Part shown: positions 16,732 to 24,861 of the stretch, piece after piece
How positions within the stretch are numbered: position 1 is the first letter of the stretch
Layout of the letters: the number at the start of each line of letters is the position of its first letter
Assembly (NCBI GenBank): GCA_030641185.1
Contig: DAOWHY010000015.1
Coordinates: 1-33,190 of the forward strand
DNA length: 33,190 nucleotides
Direction of reading: 5' to 3'
Origin: Candidatus Moraniibacteriota bacterium
GTDB taxonomy: Bacteria; Patescibacteriota; Minisyncoccia; JAHIHE01; JAGLIN01
Translations under genes and position numbers: made by a program
Notes under the pieces: model-generated
Databases searched by the model: none
What the model saw: the letters and a program-made list of their open reading frames with translations, nothing else
Told to the model about the DNA's origin: nothing

Positions 16732-17046
16732 ATGATTATCACAACAACAGATGAAATTCCAGGTAAAAAAATTATTGAGACAATAGGATTAGTTAAGGGA
16801 AATACCGCGAGAGCGAGAAATGTCGGACGCGATATTTTTGCCTTTGCGAAAAATATCGTCGGCGGAGAAGTTTTGGAATATACAAAACTCATTGCCGAAT
16901 CAAGAGAACAAGCGATAGATAGGATGAAGGAATCGGCGGAAAAAATGGGCGCGAACGCGATTGTTTGCTTAAGATTTTCCAGCACAACAATCAGCGGCGG
17001 AGTTTCAGAAGTTTTGGTGTATGGAACGGCGGTAAAAATTGAATAA
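16732..17046 (+). CDS. ybjQ: YbjQ/UPF0145 family protein
   Basis: Family-typical pattern across the full 104 aa (IGLVKGN...GGE...R..A...M...A...GANAIV..RF). Confidence 0.85.
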   Translation: MIITTTDEIPGKKIIETIGLVKGNTARARNVGRDIFAFAKNIVGGEVLEYTKLIAESREQAIDRMKESAEKMGANAIVCLRFSSTTISGGVSEVLVYGTAVKIE

Positions 17047-17064
17047 TTTAAAATAATAAAAACC

Positions 17065-17211
17065 ATGGAAGAAGAAATGCCAATTTTCGTAAAAATTATT
17101 TTGCTCATAGAAGCAGGGTTGTTTTTATTTTTACTTTTTGCTATTATTATAAAAATTGTGGAAAGAATAAAGGAATTAAAAAATGATAAATACAAAAATA
17201 TCAAAAAATGA
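17065..17211 (+). CDS. Small membrane peptide (48 aa)
   Basis: Hand-translated as MEEEMPIFVKIILLIEAGLFLFLLFAIIIKIVERIKELKNDKYKNIKK. Confidence 0.4.
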   Translation: MEEEMPIFVKIILLIEAGLFLFLLFAIIIKIVERIKELKNDKYKNIKK

Positions 17212-17240
17212 GATTGAATATTAAAGGGAGGTAAAAAATA

Positions 17241-17432
17241 ATGCAAGCATTTCATATAGATGATATTGTTGAGTTGATAGTTAAATGTCCGGGGCATGAA
17301 GAAAATGTTGTCCTTGTTGAAAAAGGTGAAGAAACAAGTGAAGAAGATCGCACATGCTATGGTAGATACAAAATAGTTTTGGTAAATGTAACGATAAGAA
17401 GAGAGATGATAAACAAACAAGACAAAAGTTGA
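17241..17432 (+). CDS. Hypothetical small protein (63 aa)
   Basis: Strong SD AAGGGAGG 8 nt upstream of the ATG. Confidence 0.6.
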   Translation: MQAFHIDDIVELIVKCPGHEENVVLVEKGEETSEEDRTCYGRYKIVLVNVTIRREMINKQDKS

Positions 17433-17458
17433 AATAAAAATCATCTTTTGTTTTTTTT
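17422..17458 (+). terminator. Intrinsic terminator candidate
   Basis: ACAAAAG/CTTTTGT stem with a 16-nt loop, then a T-run (8 consecutive T). Confidence 0.45.
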
Positions 17459-17485
17459 CGTCATTTTAATTTTCCTGCAATTCCC

Positions 17486-17514
17486 TTGACTTAAATTGAA
17501 AATACATATATGAT
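17486..17514 (+). promoter_or_regulatory. Promoter candidate TTGACT-17-TATGAT
   Basis: Lies upstream of secE. An AGCCC-gag-GGGCT hairpin follows at 17542-17554. Confidence 0.4.
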
Positions 17515-17604
17515 GTTAATATAATAAGAATAGATAAAAATAGCCCGAGGGGCTGTTTTAAAAATCAGAAAATAAATCAGAAAATAAATTTTTTAGTTAA
17601 TAAA

Positions 17605-17796
17605 ATGAATGTTATTAAAAGCTCAAATAAGTATATTACTGAAGTAAAAACTGAAGCAAAAAAAATAAGTTGGCCAACCAAAAAAGTGACTGTTAGAGAT
17701 TCTGTTATAGTTGTGGCTATTAGTTTAGCGACCGCCGCGTTTTTAGGAGGCGTTGATTATTTGTTGTCATATTTAATTAAAGAATTTGTCGTTTAA
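17605..17796 (+). CDS. secE: Preprotein translocase subunit SecE
   Basis: EVKTEAKKISWPTKKV followed by a single TM helix, and a position immediately before nusG. Confidence 0.85.
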   Translation: MNVIKSSNKYITEVKTEAKKISWPTKKVTVRDSVIVVAISLATAAFLGGVDYLLSYLIKEFVV

Positions 17797-17802
17797 TAAA
17801 AT

Positions 17803-17879
17803 AAATTGTTAAATTGTTACATTGCTAAACTGTTATGCATAGCACAATTAATAAAGCAATTTAACAATTTAACAATTTA
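17803..17879. repeat. AT-rich palindromic element, full copy
   Basis: Arms are AAATTGTTAAATTGTTACATTGC ... GCAATTTAACAATTTAACAATTT, with 1 mismatch. Confidence 0.7.
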
Positions 17880-17892
17880 ATAATATAGTTAT

Positions 17893-18438
17893 ATGCCAAA
17901 ACAAACAGCTGATTTTGGAAGAAACTGGTATGTTTTACATACTTATTCCGGATACGAAGATAATGTCTGCAGAAATTTAATGCAGAGAATTGAATCTATG
18001 GATATGGAAGATAAGATCTTCAGTGTTTTAGTCCCAAAAGAAAATAAGATAAAAATAAAAAACGGAAAGAGAAAAGTCGTGGAAGAAAGAATTTTCCCCG
18101 GCTATGTTTTGGTGGAAATGATCGTAACTGACGATTCATGGTATGTTGTTCGAAACACCCCGAATGTAACTGGTTTCATTGGTTCAGGAACCACTCCAAC
18201 TCCAATATCGGAAGATGAAATACGCGCGTTGAAAGCAAGAATGGGAGTTAAGGAGCCGAAATATAAAATTGATGTTTCTATCGGCGATATTGTAAAAATC
18301 AATGATGGACCATTTAAGGATTTTGATGGCAAGGTAGATGGTGTTGACGAAGAAAAAGGAAAAATAAAAGTTCTTGTTCAAATGTTCGGAAGAGAAACGC
18401 CATTAGAGTTGGATTTTTTGCAGATCAAAAAGATTTAG
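17893..18438 (+). CDS. nusG: Transcription termination/antitermination factor NusG
   Basis: WYVLHTYSGYE, FPGYVLV, and KOW motif GDIVKINDGPFKDFDGKV. Confidence 0.95.
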   Translation: MPKQTADFGRNWYVLHTYSGYEDNVCRNLMQRIESMDMEDKIFSVLVPKENKIKIKNGKRKVVEERIFPGYVLVEMIVTDDSWYVVRNTPNVTGFIGSGTTPTPISEDEIRALKARMGVKEPKYKIDVSIGDIVKINDGPFKDFDGKVDGVDEEKGKIKVLVQMFGRETPLELDFLQIKKI

Positions 18439-18460
18439 TATTGTCATTTCTAAATTTAAG

Positions 18461-18662
18461 TGTCATCCTGAACTTGTTTCAGGATCTTCCAATTCTTACG
18501 ATAGTTTATCCTATAAATCATCAAACATTTTGACCGAAGCGAAAACATGATTACAATATAAAACAAAAAGACAGTTGTATCTACACTTTAGATGAAAGAT
18601 AATATTAAATAAGATAAATTAACCTAAAATATAAAAGATTCTGAAACAAGTTCAGAATGACA
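18461..18662. mobile_element. MITE-like element with 26-bp terminal inverted repeats
   Basis: TGTCATCCTGAACTTGTTTCAGGATC pairs with GATTCTGAAACAAGTTCAGAATGACA (24/26). An extra TGTCAT lies at 18442. Confidence 0.6.
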
Positions 18663-18687
18663 ATGTTTATTACTAAATACTAAACTC

Positions 18688-19113
18688 ATGGCAAAAAAAA
18701 TTGAAAAAATAGTTAAGTTACAAATTCCCGCGGGGAAAGCTAATCCTGCTCCGCCAATTGGGCCAGCTCTGGGACAGGCGGGAATTAATATTCAGGAATT
18801 TTGCACTCGTTTTAATAACGAATCAAAAGATAAAATGGGAGATGTTATTCCTGTGGAGATTTCAGTTTATGAAGATAAGTCTTACAATTTTATAATGAAG
18901 ACCCCTCCCGCCGCGGAATTATTAAAAAAAGCGGCTGGAATTAAAAAGGGTTCTAAAGAACCGCAGAAAGATAAAGTTGGGAAGATTACAAAAAAGCAAT
19001 TACAAGAAATAGCGGAATTAAAAATGCAAGATTTAACCGCGAATGATGTTGAAGGCGCGATGAAGATTATCGCGGGAACGGCGAGACAGATGGGGGTAGA
19101 GATTAAAGAATAA
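18688..19113 (+). CDS. rplK: 50S ribosomal protein L11
   Basis: [22 protein letters not shown] and full-length conservation. Confidence 0.95.
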   Translation: MAKKIEKIVKLQIPAGKANPAPPIGPALGQAGINIQEFCTRFNNESKDKMGDVIPVEISVYEDKSYNFIMKTPPAAELLKKAAGIKKGSKEPQKDKVGKITKKQLQEIAELKMQDLTANDVEGAMKIIAGTARQMGVEIKE

Positions 19114-19184
19114 GAATTTATGTTTAATTTATTAATCAATTAATTAAAATCTTTTTAAAAAAGATTTTAGAAAGGGACTAAAAA

Positions 19185-21608
19185 ATGAAAAAAAGTATTT
19201 ATCAAAAAAAGGGAAGTGTGATGTTTATTGCTTTTCTTCTTCTGTTGTCGTTAGTGTCTGGAGTTGAAGAATCTAAAGCCGTTGTTGATCAGAAAGTTTC
19301 TCCTTGCGATTCTTATGGAGATATAAATTTAGATGGCTATGTAACAGCGGCAGACTCGTCTTTGGCTGCTGATAATATTACGGGCAAAGTTTTTTTTGGA
19401 ACTTATGAAATAATTCTTGCTGATGTTAATTTTAATGGTCGTGTTGATATAGGCGATGTAGCCGCAATTGATTCTTTTGTTGCTGGCAGTATAACGACTT
19501 TTCCCGTATGTAGTAAAAGTATAAAAGTTATAAGCCCTAACGGCGGTCAGATCTTTGAAATAGGACAAGAAGTGGAAATTTCATTTACTAATTCATTAAC
19601 TGAAACAACTATTATCGCAATTACTGATAATTTAAAAACTACTTATGCCATAGGTTCAGCTAGCGGTAATTCTAATAATGCCATACAAAAAATGACTTGG
19701 AGCATTCCTTCAAATGTAGTTTTAGGGAATTATAAAATTTTGATAAAAGCGTTGCCTAGTTTTGGACATGTTATGGCTGGTCAGGATTATAGCGACAATT
19801 ATTTTCAAATTATTGGAAATAAAAAACCTCCTTGCGCTTCATATGGAGATTTAGATAATGACGGTTATGTGACAAATTTAGACGAGACTATGGCTGCTGA
19901 CGGTCTTAGCGGCAAGATAATTCTTAGCGAGTCTGAAGAAAGCCGTGCGGATGTCAATTATAATGGTCGTCTTGATATAGGAGATGTTGCGGCAATCGGT
20001 TCTTTTGCTACCTGTAATATTACAACTTTTCCTGTGTGCGCTACAAAATCAGTAAAAGTTATTAGTCCGAATGGCGGAGAGGTTGTTGATAACGAAAAAG
20101 AGATTTTATGGAGCACGAGTAATCTTGGCAGTGGAGTTTGTTCGATTTATTTGTATAATGCGATTGGCACTGAACAGGTAATAAAGACTATAATGCTTAA
20201 TCAACCTTCGTCTTATACCAGATACCAATGGAATTTAACAAGTGATTATACTGATGGAAAATATAAAATTAGCGTACAGTGTAGCGAGCACGGGAATTCC
20301 GCAGTTTATTCGGATAAGTCAGATAATTATTTTAGCATTATTAGGTCTGGTAAAGCTTCTGTGGATTTAATAGTAGAAAGTGTAAGAATTGATGAATATC
20401 ATAATACCATTGCAAAGATTAAAAATGTAGGCACAGTGGTTTATGACGCCTCTCTTTCTTATAATGACATATTTATTAATTGGAAAGATCTGACAAGCGG
20501 AAAAACTGGATCAATAAAGAATTATAGAATAGTAAATATTCCCGCGGGCGGCTCTGAGGAATTTATTATTACGAAAGATATTGTTGCCGAAGGAGAACAC
20601 AATCTTGAAATAACTGTTGATCCTGATAATGTTGTTATAGAATCTAACGAAAATAATAATGTAAGCAATCTTTCTGTTGTAATTTCTAGTAAAAAACTTC
20701 CAGATTTAGTAATAACAGGAATAGAAGTTAAAAAAGTAGTTGACCCGCATTTAGGCGAGGGTATTGATATCATTGCGCAAGTTAAAAATATAGGTGAAGG
20801 TTATTATATTTACGGTGATTCTAGGGTAGAAAAGTTTATAAGTTGGAGCGATTCAATTAGCGGCAAATCTGGCAGTATAGGAAATTATAAATTAATATCT
20901 ATTTTACCGGGAGAAACAAAAGAATATTCAATATATAGAACGGGGTTAGATCTTGAGTTTTATAATATTAGAATTATCGTAGATCCTGAAAATATTATTG
21001 AAGAATCTAATAATCAAAATAATACTTTCATTAAAAATAGCGCTATAAATAGTTGTCTAATAGATGGAACTCTAGTTAAGCTCCCTAATGATCCTAAAAT
21101 ATATGTAATAATAAATTGCAAGAGATATTGGGTTAAGACCGCGAAAGAATTTCAAAGAAGAGGATATAAATGGGAAAACATTAAAATTACAACTGATGAT
21201 GAATTAAACGCATTGCCAGAAGATTCTGGAAATGCTCAAGATATAAAAGAAGGAGCTATAATTAGAGCCAATGGCGATGTTGATATTTATATTGTAAAGT
21301 ATATAGGCAATAAAAAATTCAAAAGGCTTATTTTAAACCCTTCCGTATTCAGAAGTTATGGGCATCTAAGGTGGGAGGATGTCATAGGGGTAGAAAAAGA
21401 AACTGTAAATTCTTTTACGACTTCAAATTTAGTTCGCAACGCAAGAACCGGAAGAATATACAGATTAACCGCTAACGGAGATAACGGAATAAGAAGGCAC
21501 TTCAGAAGCATTAGCGTAATGCAAAGGCTAGGACACGATCTTGACGCTGTGTATGAAATAAATGAGACTGACGAGAGATCTTACGAACAAGGTGAGGATT
21601 TTAAATAG
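19185..21608 (+). CDS. Secreted multidomain surface protein
   Basis: Signal peptide, two DxNxDGxV...DVNxNGRxDIGD dockerin-like modules each followed by an Ig-like module (VKVISPNGG), two CARDB-like modules (NVG/NIG...VDP(D/E)N...ESNxxNN), and a C-terminal repeat domain. Confidence 0.85.
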   Translation: MKKSIYQKKGSVMFIAFLLLLSLVSGVEESKAVVDQKVSPCDSYGDINLDGYVTAADSSLAADNITGKVFFGTYEIILADVNFNGRVDIGDVAAIDSFVAGSITTFPVCSKSIKVISPNGGQIFEIGQEVEISFTNSLTETTIIAITDNLKTTYAIGSASGNSNNAIQKMTWSIPSNVVLGNYKILIKALPSFGHVMAGQDYSDNYFQIIGNKKPPCASYGDLDNDGYVTNLDETMAADGLSGKIILSESEESRADVNYNGRLDIGDVAAIGSFATCNITTFPVCATKSVKVISPNGGEVVDNEKEILWSTSNLGSGVCSIYLYNAIGTEQVIKTIMLNQPSSYTRYQWNLTSDYTDGKYKISVQCSEHGNSAVYSDKSDNYFSIIRSGKASVDLIVESVRIDEYHNTIAKIKNVGTVVYDASLSYNDIFINWKDLTSGKTGSIKNYRIVNIPAGGSEEFIITKDIVAEGEHNLEITVDPDNVVIESNENNNVSNLSVVISSKKLPDLVITGIEVKKVVDPHLGEGIDIIAQVKNIGEGYYIYGDSRVEKFISWSDSISGKSGSIGNYKLISILPGETKEYSIYRTGLDLEFYNIRIIVDPENIIEESNNQNNTFIKNSAINSCLIDGTLVKLPNDPKIYVIINCKRYWVKTAKEFQRRGYKWENIKITTDDELNALPEDSGNAQDIKEGAIIRANGDVDIYIVKYIGNKKFKRLILNPSVFRSYGHLRWEDVIGVEKETVNSFTTSNLVRNARTGRIYRLTANGDNGIRRHFRSISVMQRLGHDLDAVYEINETDERSYEQGEDFK

Positions 21609-21678
21609 TGACATTAAAGGCGCGATGAAAATTATCGCCGGGACCGCGAGGCAGATGGGAATAGAGGTGAAGGGATAG
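21607..21678 (+). pseudogene. Orphan duplicate of the rplK 3' end (last 23 codons plus stop)
   Basis: Encodes [23 protein letters not shown], against [23 protein letters not shown] at 19042-19113. Identity is 56/72 nt by hand alignment. Confidence 0.8.
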
Positions 21679-21723
21679 AAATCGCATGTTTAAAATTTAT
21701 TTAATAACCAACTAACAAAAAAT

Positions 21724-22791
21724 ATGGAAATAGAAAAATCAACAACAGATAAATCAAAATTAATTTTGGTTATCGCTGTTATAATTTTAGTAGGAGCTTT
21801 GTTTGGCGTTATGGGTTATTTGTTGGGAAATAAAAATAATAATACTGTTATTAAATCAGAAGATCAAATGGCAAAAGATCAAGGCATAGATAATAATAAA
21901 GAAACTGAAAAAGATGAAAATATAGAAGAAGATGTAAGAACTGATGTTAAGGACGAAAAAGAGAATTGGAAAATATATGAAAATGACAAATATGGATTTG
22001 AAGTAACATTATTAGATTCATGGAAGGGGTATGAGGTTTTGACAGAATCTTGGAAGGGAATATCCTTAGATGGCGATTCTAAACAGTATCAAGGTCCACA
22101 GATTATCATCAGAAATCCAAAATGGTCTATTTCTAAACCATGGCAGGATATTCCTATAATGGTCTTTACAAAAGACGAATGGGAATTAATAGAAGCGAAA
22201 AATTTAAGTGTTAATGCTGCTCCCATTGGACCAAATAAATTAGACGAAAACCAACAATATGTTTTTGCCCTGCCTCCGCGCTGGATAGGATTCACTGACA
22301 ACTTAGGGCAAGATGAAGCGCAAGAAATTTCAAAGACCATTAAAGCAATTTCTGTTACTACTAATAAGGACGAGACTGCTGATTGGCAAGTATACGAAAA
22401 TAAAGAATTTGGATTTGAAATAAAATACCCTGAAAACATAGAATATTATCCAAAAACTTGGGGTGTTGATTTTATGGAGAAATCTGAAGCTCAAGATAAA
22501 CTTTTTACTATATATCTTTATAATGAATTGAAGCAATTACCAAACAATGAGACGGGGCTTAGTTTTGAAGACTGGATAAATAAACAGATTGAAAATAAAA
22601 TTTTTGAAGATGGAAGAATATTTAAAAATGACACGCTGACTGGAATTAAAGTGCGAGATCAGGGAGTTGTGCCATTTAAAAACATTCTAGTAAAGAAGGA
22701 TAATAAAACATACAGCTTTGTTATTAGAGAAGATTCTCGGTTTATGGACGTGTTTGATCAAATACTTTCAACCTTAAAATCTGTAAATTGA
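21724..22791 (+). CDS. Membrane-anchored protein with two related domains
   Basis: N-terminal TM helix. ENWKIYENDKYGFEV and ADWQVYENKEFGFEI each start a repeated module. Confidence 0.7.
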   Translation: MEIEKSTTDKSKLILVIAVIILVGALFGVMGYLLGNKNNNTVIKSEDQMAKDQGIDNNKETEKDENIEEDVRTDVKDEKENWKIYENDKYGFEVTLLDSWKGYEVLTESWKGISLDGDSKQYQGPQIIIRNPKWSISKPWQDIPIMVFTKDEWELIEAKNLSVNAAPIGPNKLDENQQYVFALPPRWIGFTDNLGQDEAQEISKTIKAISVTTNKDETADWQVYENKEFGFEIKYPENIEYYPKTWGVDFMEKSEAQDKLFTIYLYNELKQLPNNETGLSFEDWINKQIENKIFEDGRIFKNDTLTGIKVRDQGVVPFKNILVKKDNKTYSFVIREDSRFMDVFDQILSTLKSVN

Positions 22792-22852
22792 TTTAAATAA
22801 TTAATCGTGGGAGCGTTGCAAAATGCGTTATTACCACATAAGAAAGAAAAAT

Positions 22853-23533
22853 ATGAAAAGATCAAAACGATATAAAAGCGTTAAGGAAAAAATTGAGAAA
22901 GATAAAAAGTATAGCGTTGAGGAAGCGGTGGATTTTTTAATTGAAAACGCAAAAGTGAAATTTGACGAGAGCGTTGAAGTTCATTTTAGAACTAACATTA
23001 ATCCCAAACAGGCGGATCAATTAATTAGAGGGGCGGTTGTTTTGCCGCATGGTGTTGGAAAAGAAAAAAGAGTTGCCGTATTTGTTGATGGCGATAAAGT
23101 CGCAGAAGCGAAGGAAGCTGGTGCGGATCTTGTTGGCGGAGAGGAATTGATAAGTAAAATAAAACAGACAAAAGAAATTGACTTTGACGTTTCTGTGGCC
23201 ACACCAGATATGATGAGAAAACTCGCTGGCATTGCTAAAATTCTTGGACCAAAAGGATTAATGCCTTCTCCAAAAACCGATACAGTTACAATGGATATTA
23301 AAAAAACTGTTGAACAACTTAAAAAAGGAAAAATAAATTTTAAAAACGATGATTCTGGAAATGTCCATCAGATGGTTGGGAAAGTATCTTTAGGTAAAGA
23401 TAAATTAAAAGAAAATGTCACTGCTTATGTTCAAGCAATTAAAGATTCTCGTCCCAGCGGAGTAAAGGGGGAGTTTCTTAAAACTATTACGGTGAGTTCT
23501 ACGATGGGAGTGGGGATTAGGATTGGGTTGTAG
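22853..23533 (+). CDS. rplA: 50S ribosomal protein L1
   Basis: MKRSKRYKSV... and GAVVLPHGVGK. I chose the ATG at 22853 over the track start at 22823. Confidence 0.95.
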   Translation: MKRSKRYKSVKEKIEKDKKYSVEEAVDFLIENAKVKFDESVEVHFRTNINPKQADQLIRGAVVLPHGVGKEKRVAVFVDGDKVAEAKEAGADLVGGEELISKIKQTKEIDFDVSVATPDMMRKLAGIAKILGPKGLMPSPKTDTVTMDIKKTVEQLKKGKINFKNDDSGNVHQMVGKVSLGKDKLKENVTAYVQAIKDSRPSGVKGEFLKTITVSSTMGVGIRIGL

Positions 23534-23563
23534 AAATTTTTATGGACAAAAGTTTTTTGTTTT

Positions 23564-23701
23564 TGTCATCCCAGAATTTTTTTCTAAAAGCGAAGCTTTA
23601 GAAAAAAATGTCTGGGATCCAGTAAGTTTCATTTAATAAAATTATTACGATAAATATTATTTATTGAGATAAACTGGATTCCCGCCTCCGCAGGAATGAC
23701 A
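23564..23701. repeat. TGTCAT(C/T)CC-type nested palindromic element
   Basis: The left arm is TGTCATCCCAGA, then a 12-bp AT hairpin, then TCTGGGATCCAG. The right arm is CTGGATTCCCGCCTCCGCAGGAATGACA. Confidence 0.6.
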
Positions 23702-23732
23702 GAAAAAACTATCTAATGCAAAATTTTTAGAT

Positions 23733-23768
23733 AAAAAAAGAGGCCAGTGGTGCTTGTTAAGTCCACTG
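23733..23768 (-). terminator. Intrinsic terminator for the minus-strand gene
   Basis: CAGTGG/CCACTG stem with a T-run on the minus strand. Confidence 0.5.
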
Positions 23769-23778
23769 ACGGCTATGT

Positions 23779-24126
23779 TTACCTATTCTTTTTTATTAAA
23801 GAATCAAGTAAGTTCTTGGCAATTTGTTTTTGCAACTCGAAGGGAGTTGCGCGATTGTTAACAATCTTCATTATCTCCTTTTTTGCGAGCCGCGAAAGTA
23901 GGATGTCTAATGCTTTTTTCTGCAACTCAAGAGGCATTACATAATCCTCAACTATTAAGAATAATTTCCTACTACTAGGATTACTCTTTTCAAGCGTTGC
24001 GACAGCGTCTTTAATCGTTGGCAATACAGTATTATTGAAGAACATTCTTTCAAGAGAGGTGCTTCCTTTCTTTGTGTATTTCTCTTTCTCCTTTTTTATT
24101 ATTTCATCAATTTTTATTTTTGCCAC
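23779..24126 (-). CDS. Hypothetical protein (115 aa) with an internal repeat
   Basis: GTG start with AAGGAGG 9 nt upstream. Repeat is PLELQKKALDILLSRL / PFELQKQIAKNLLDSL. Confidence 0.7.
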   Translation of the reverse strand: MAKIKIDEIIKKEKEKYTKKGSTSLERMFFNNTVLPTIKDAVATLEKSNPSSRKLFLIVEDYVMPLELQKKALDILLSRLAKKEIMKIVNNRATPFELQKQIAKNLLDSLIKKNR

Positions 24127-24212
24127 TTATAGCAACCTCCTTGTTTATTTTTGAAGTCAAAATGCTTCAAATTACTTTATCACAATTTTAAAAACTTGTC
24201 AATCTCAAAAAT

Positions 24213-24710
24213 ATGCCCGAACAAAAAACAAAAAAATGCTGTAACTGCAAAGCGCCGTTTTTAATCTTTGCTTTATTTGTTTTAATTGTTGCGTTTTTTC
24301 TAAATACTAACATTACCAATGAAAATGGCGCGAATGTTGGCTTAAATACAGAGGTAAATGTTGAAAATAATATTGATGATAAGCAGGAAAAAGTAGATAA
24401 ACAAGTAAACGAGAAAAGCGAAGAAAAAGAAAATGTTATTTCTTATTCTTTTGACGCAAGCGATGAAGAAAGAACGGTTTTTTCCGGGCTTTTAAATTAT
24501 GGCGAAGAAAATAATATTGAAGTTGAATATAATAATGATTATGGTGAATACGGGGTTTTCGTAGAAAATATTGCCGGAATTAAAAACGGCGACGATGGGA
24601 AATATTGGCAGTATTATATAAATAATATTTTAGGCGATGTTGCGGCAGATAAAAAAGTTTTAGAAGAAGGAAATGAAGTAGAGTGGAGATTTGAGGAAGT
24701 GCCATTTTAG
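24213..24710 (+). CDS. DUF4430 domain protein, membrane anchored
   Basis: GKYWQYYINN...V..GNEVEWRF C-terminal pattern and an N-terminal TM helix. Confidence 0.7.
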   Translation: MPEQKTKKCCNCKAPFLIFALFVLIVAFFLNTNITNENGANVGLNTEVNVENNIDDKQEKVDKQVNEKSEEKENVISYSFDASDEERTVFSGLLNYGEENNIEVEYNNDYGEYGVFVENIAGIKNGDDGKYWQYYINNILGDVAADKKVLEEGNEVEWRFEEVPF

Positions 24711-24740
24711 GTGTATTTGTAATTATTTCAAATTATTAAA

Positions 24741-24845
24741 TGTCATTGCGAGAGAGCCGCAGCGACCGAAGCAATCCCGCAACTATGCACAAGGAGTTTA
24801 ATTTCGGGATTGCTTCGTCGCCCTTCGGGGCTCCTCGCAATGACA
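24741..24845. repeat. TGTCATTGCGAG-type nested palindromic element, copy 4 (short)
   Basis: TGTCATTGCGAGAG...CCGAAGCAATCCCG...CGGGATTGCTTCGTCG...CTCGCAATGACA. Confidence 0.85.
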
Positions 24846-24861
24846 GTGAAGTTCACAACTT

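Noticed and set aside
16719-17444. 241-aa minus-strand ORF, and similar long antisense ORFs at 11509-12075, 8740-9231, 2089-2379, 6381-6659 and 22089-22439
   Set aside because: They lie antisense to genes with clear family motifs (ybjQ, GH enzymes, murD-like). Their products are low-complexity Phe/Ile/Ser-rich sequences, as expected from AT-rich DNA.
17445-17604. tRNA (for example tRNA-Trp) upstream of secE-nusG, as in many bacteria
   Set aside because: There is no cloverleaf-compatible sequence and no GTTCNANNC T-loop. I found only a promoter-like site, a short AGCCC/GGGCT hairpin and a 12-nt tandem AATCAGAAAATA.
22792-22852. L1-binding regulatory leader upstream of rplA (GTGGGAGCGTTGCAAAATGCGTTATTACCAC)
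   Set aside because: It shows only a weak GTGG/CCAC closing stem and a GGGAG word. I cannot establish rRNA mimicry by eye.
23747-23944. 65-aa + strand ORF
   Set aside because: It is antisense to the 115-aa minus-strand gene, which has a strong AAGGAGG SD and its own terminator.
24127-24212. Cobalamin riboswitch upstream of the DUF4430 gene
   Set aside because: The spacer is only 86 nt and AT-rich, with no B12-box-like sequence.
7713-24845. CRISPR array formed by the repeated TGTCAT elements
   Set aside because: The copies are long imperfect palindromes kilobases apart and separated by genes. They are not short direct repeats with regular spacers, and no cas genes are present.
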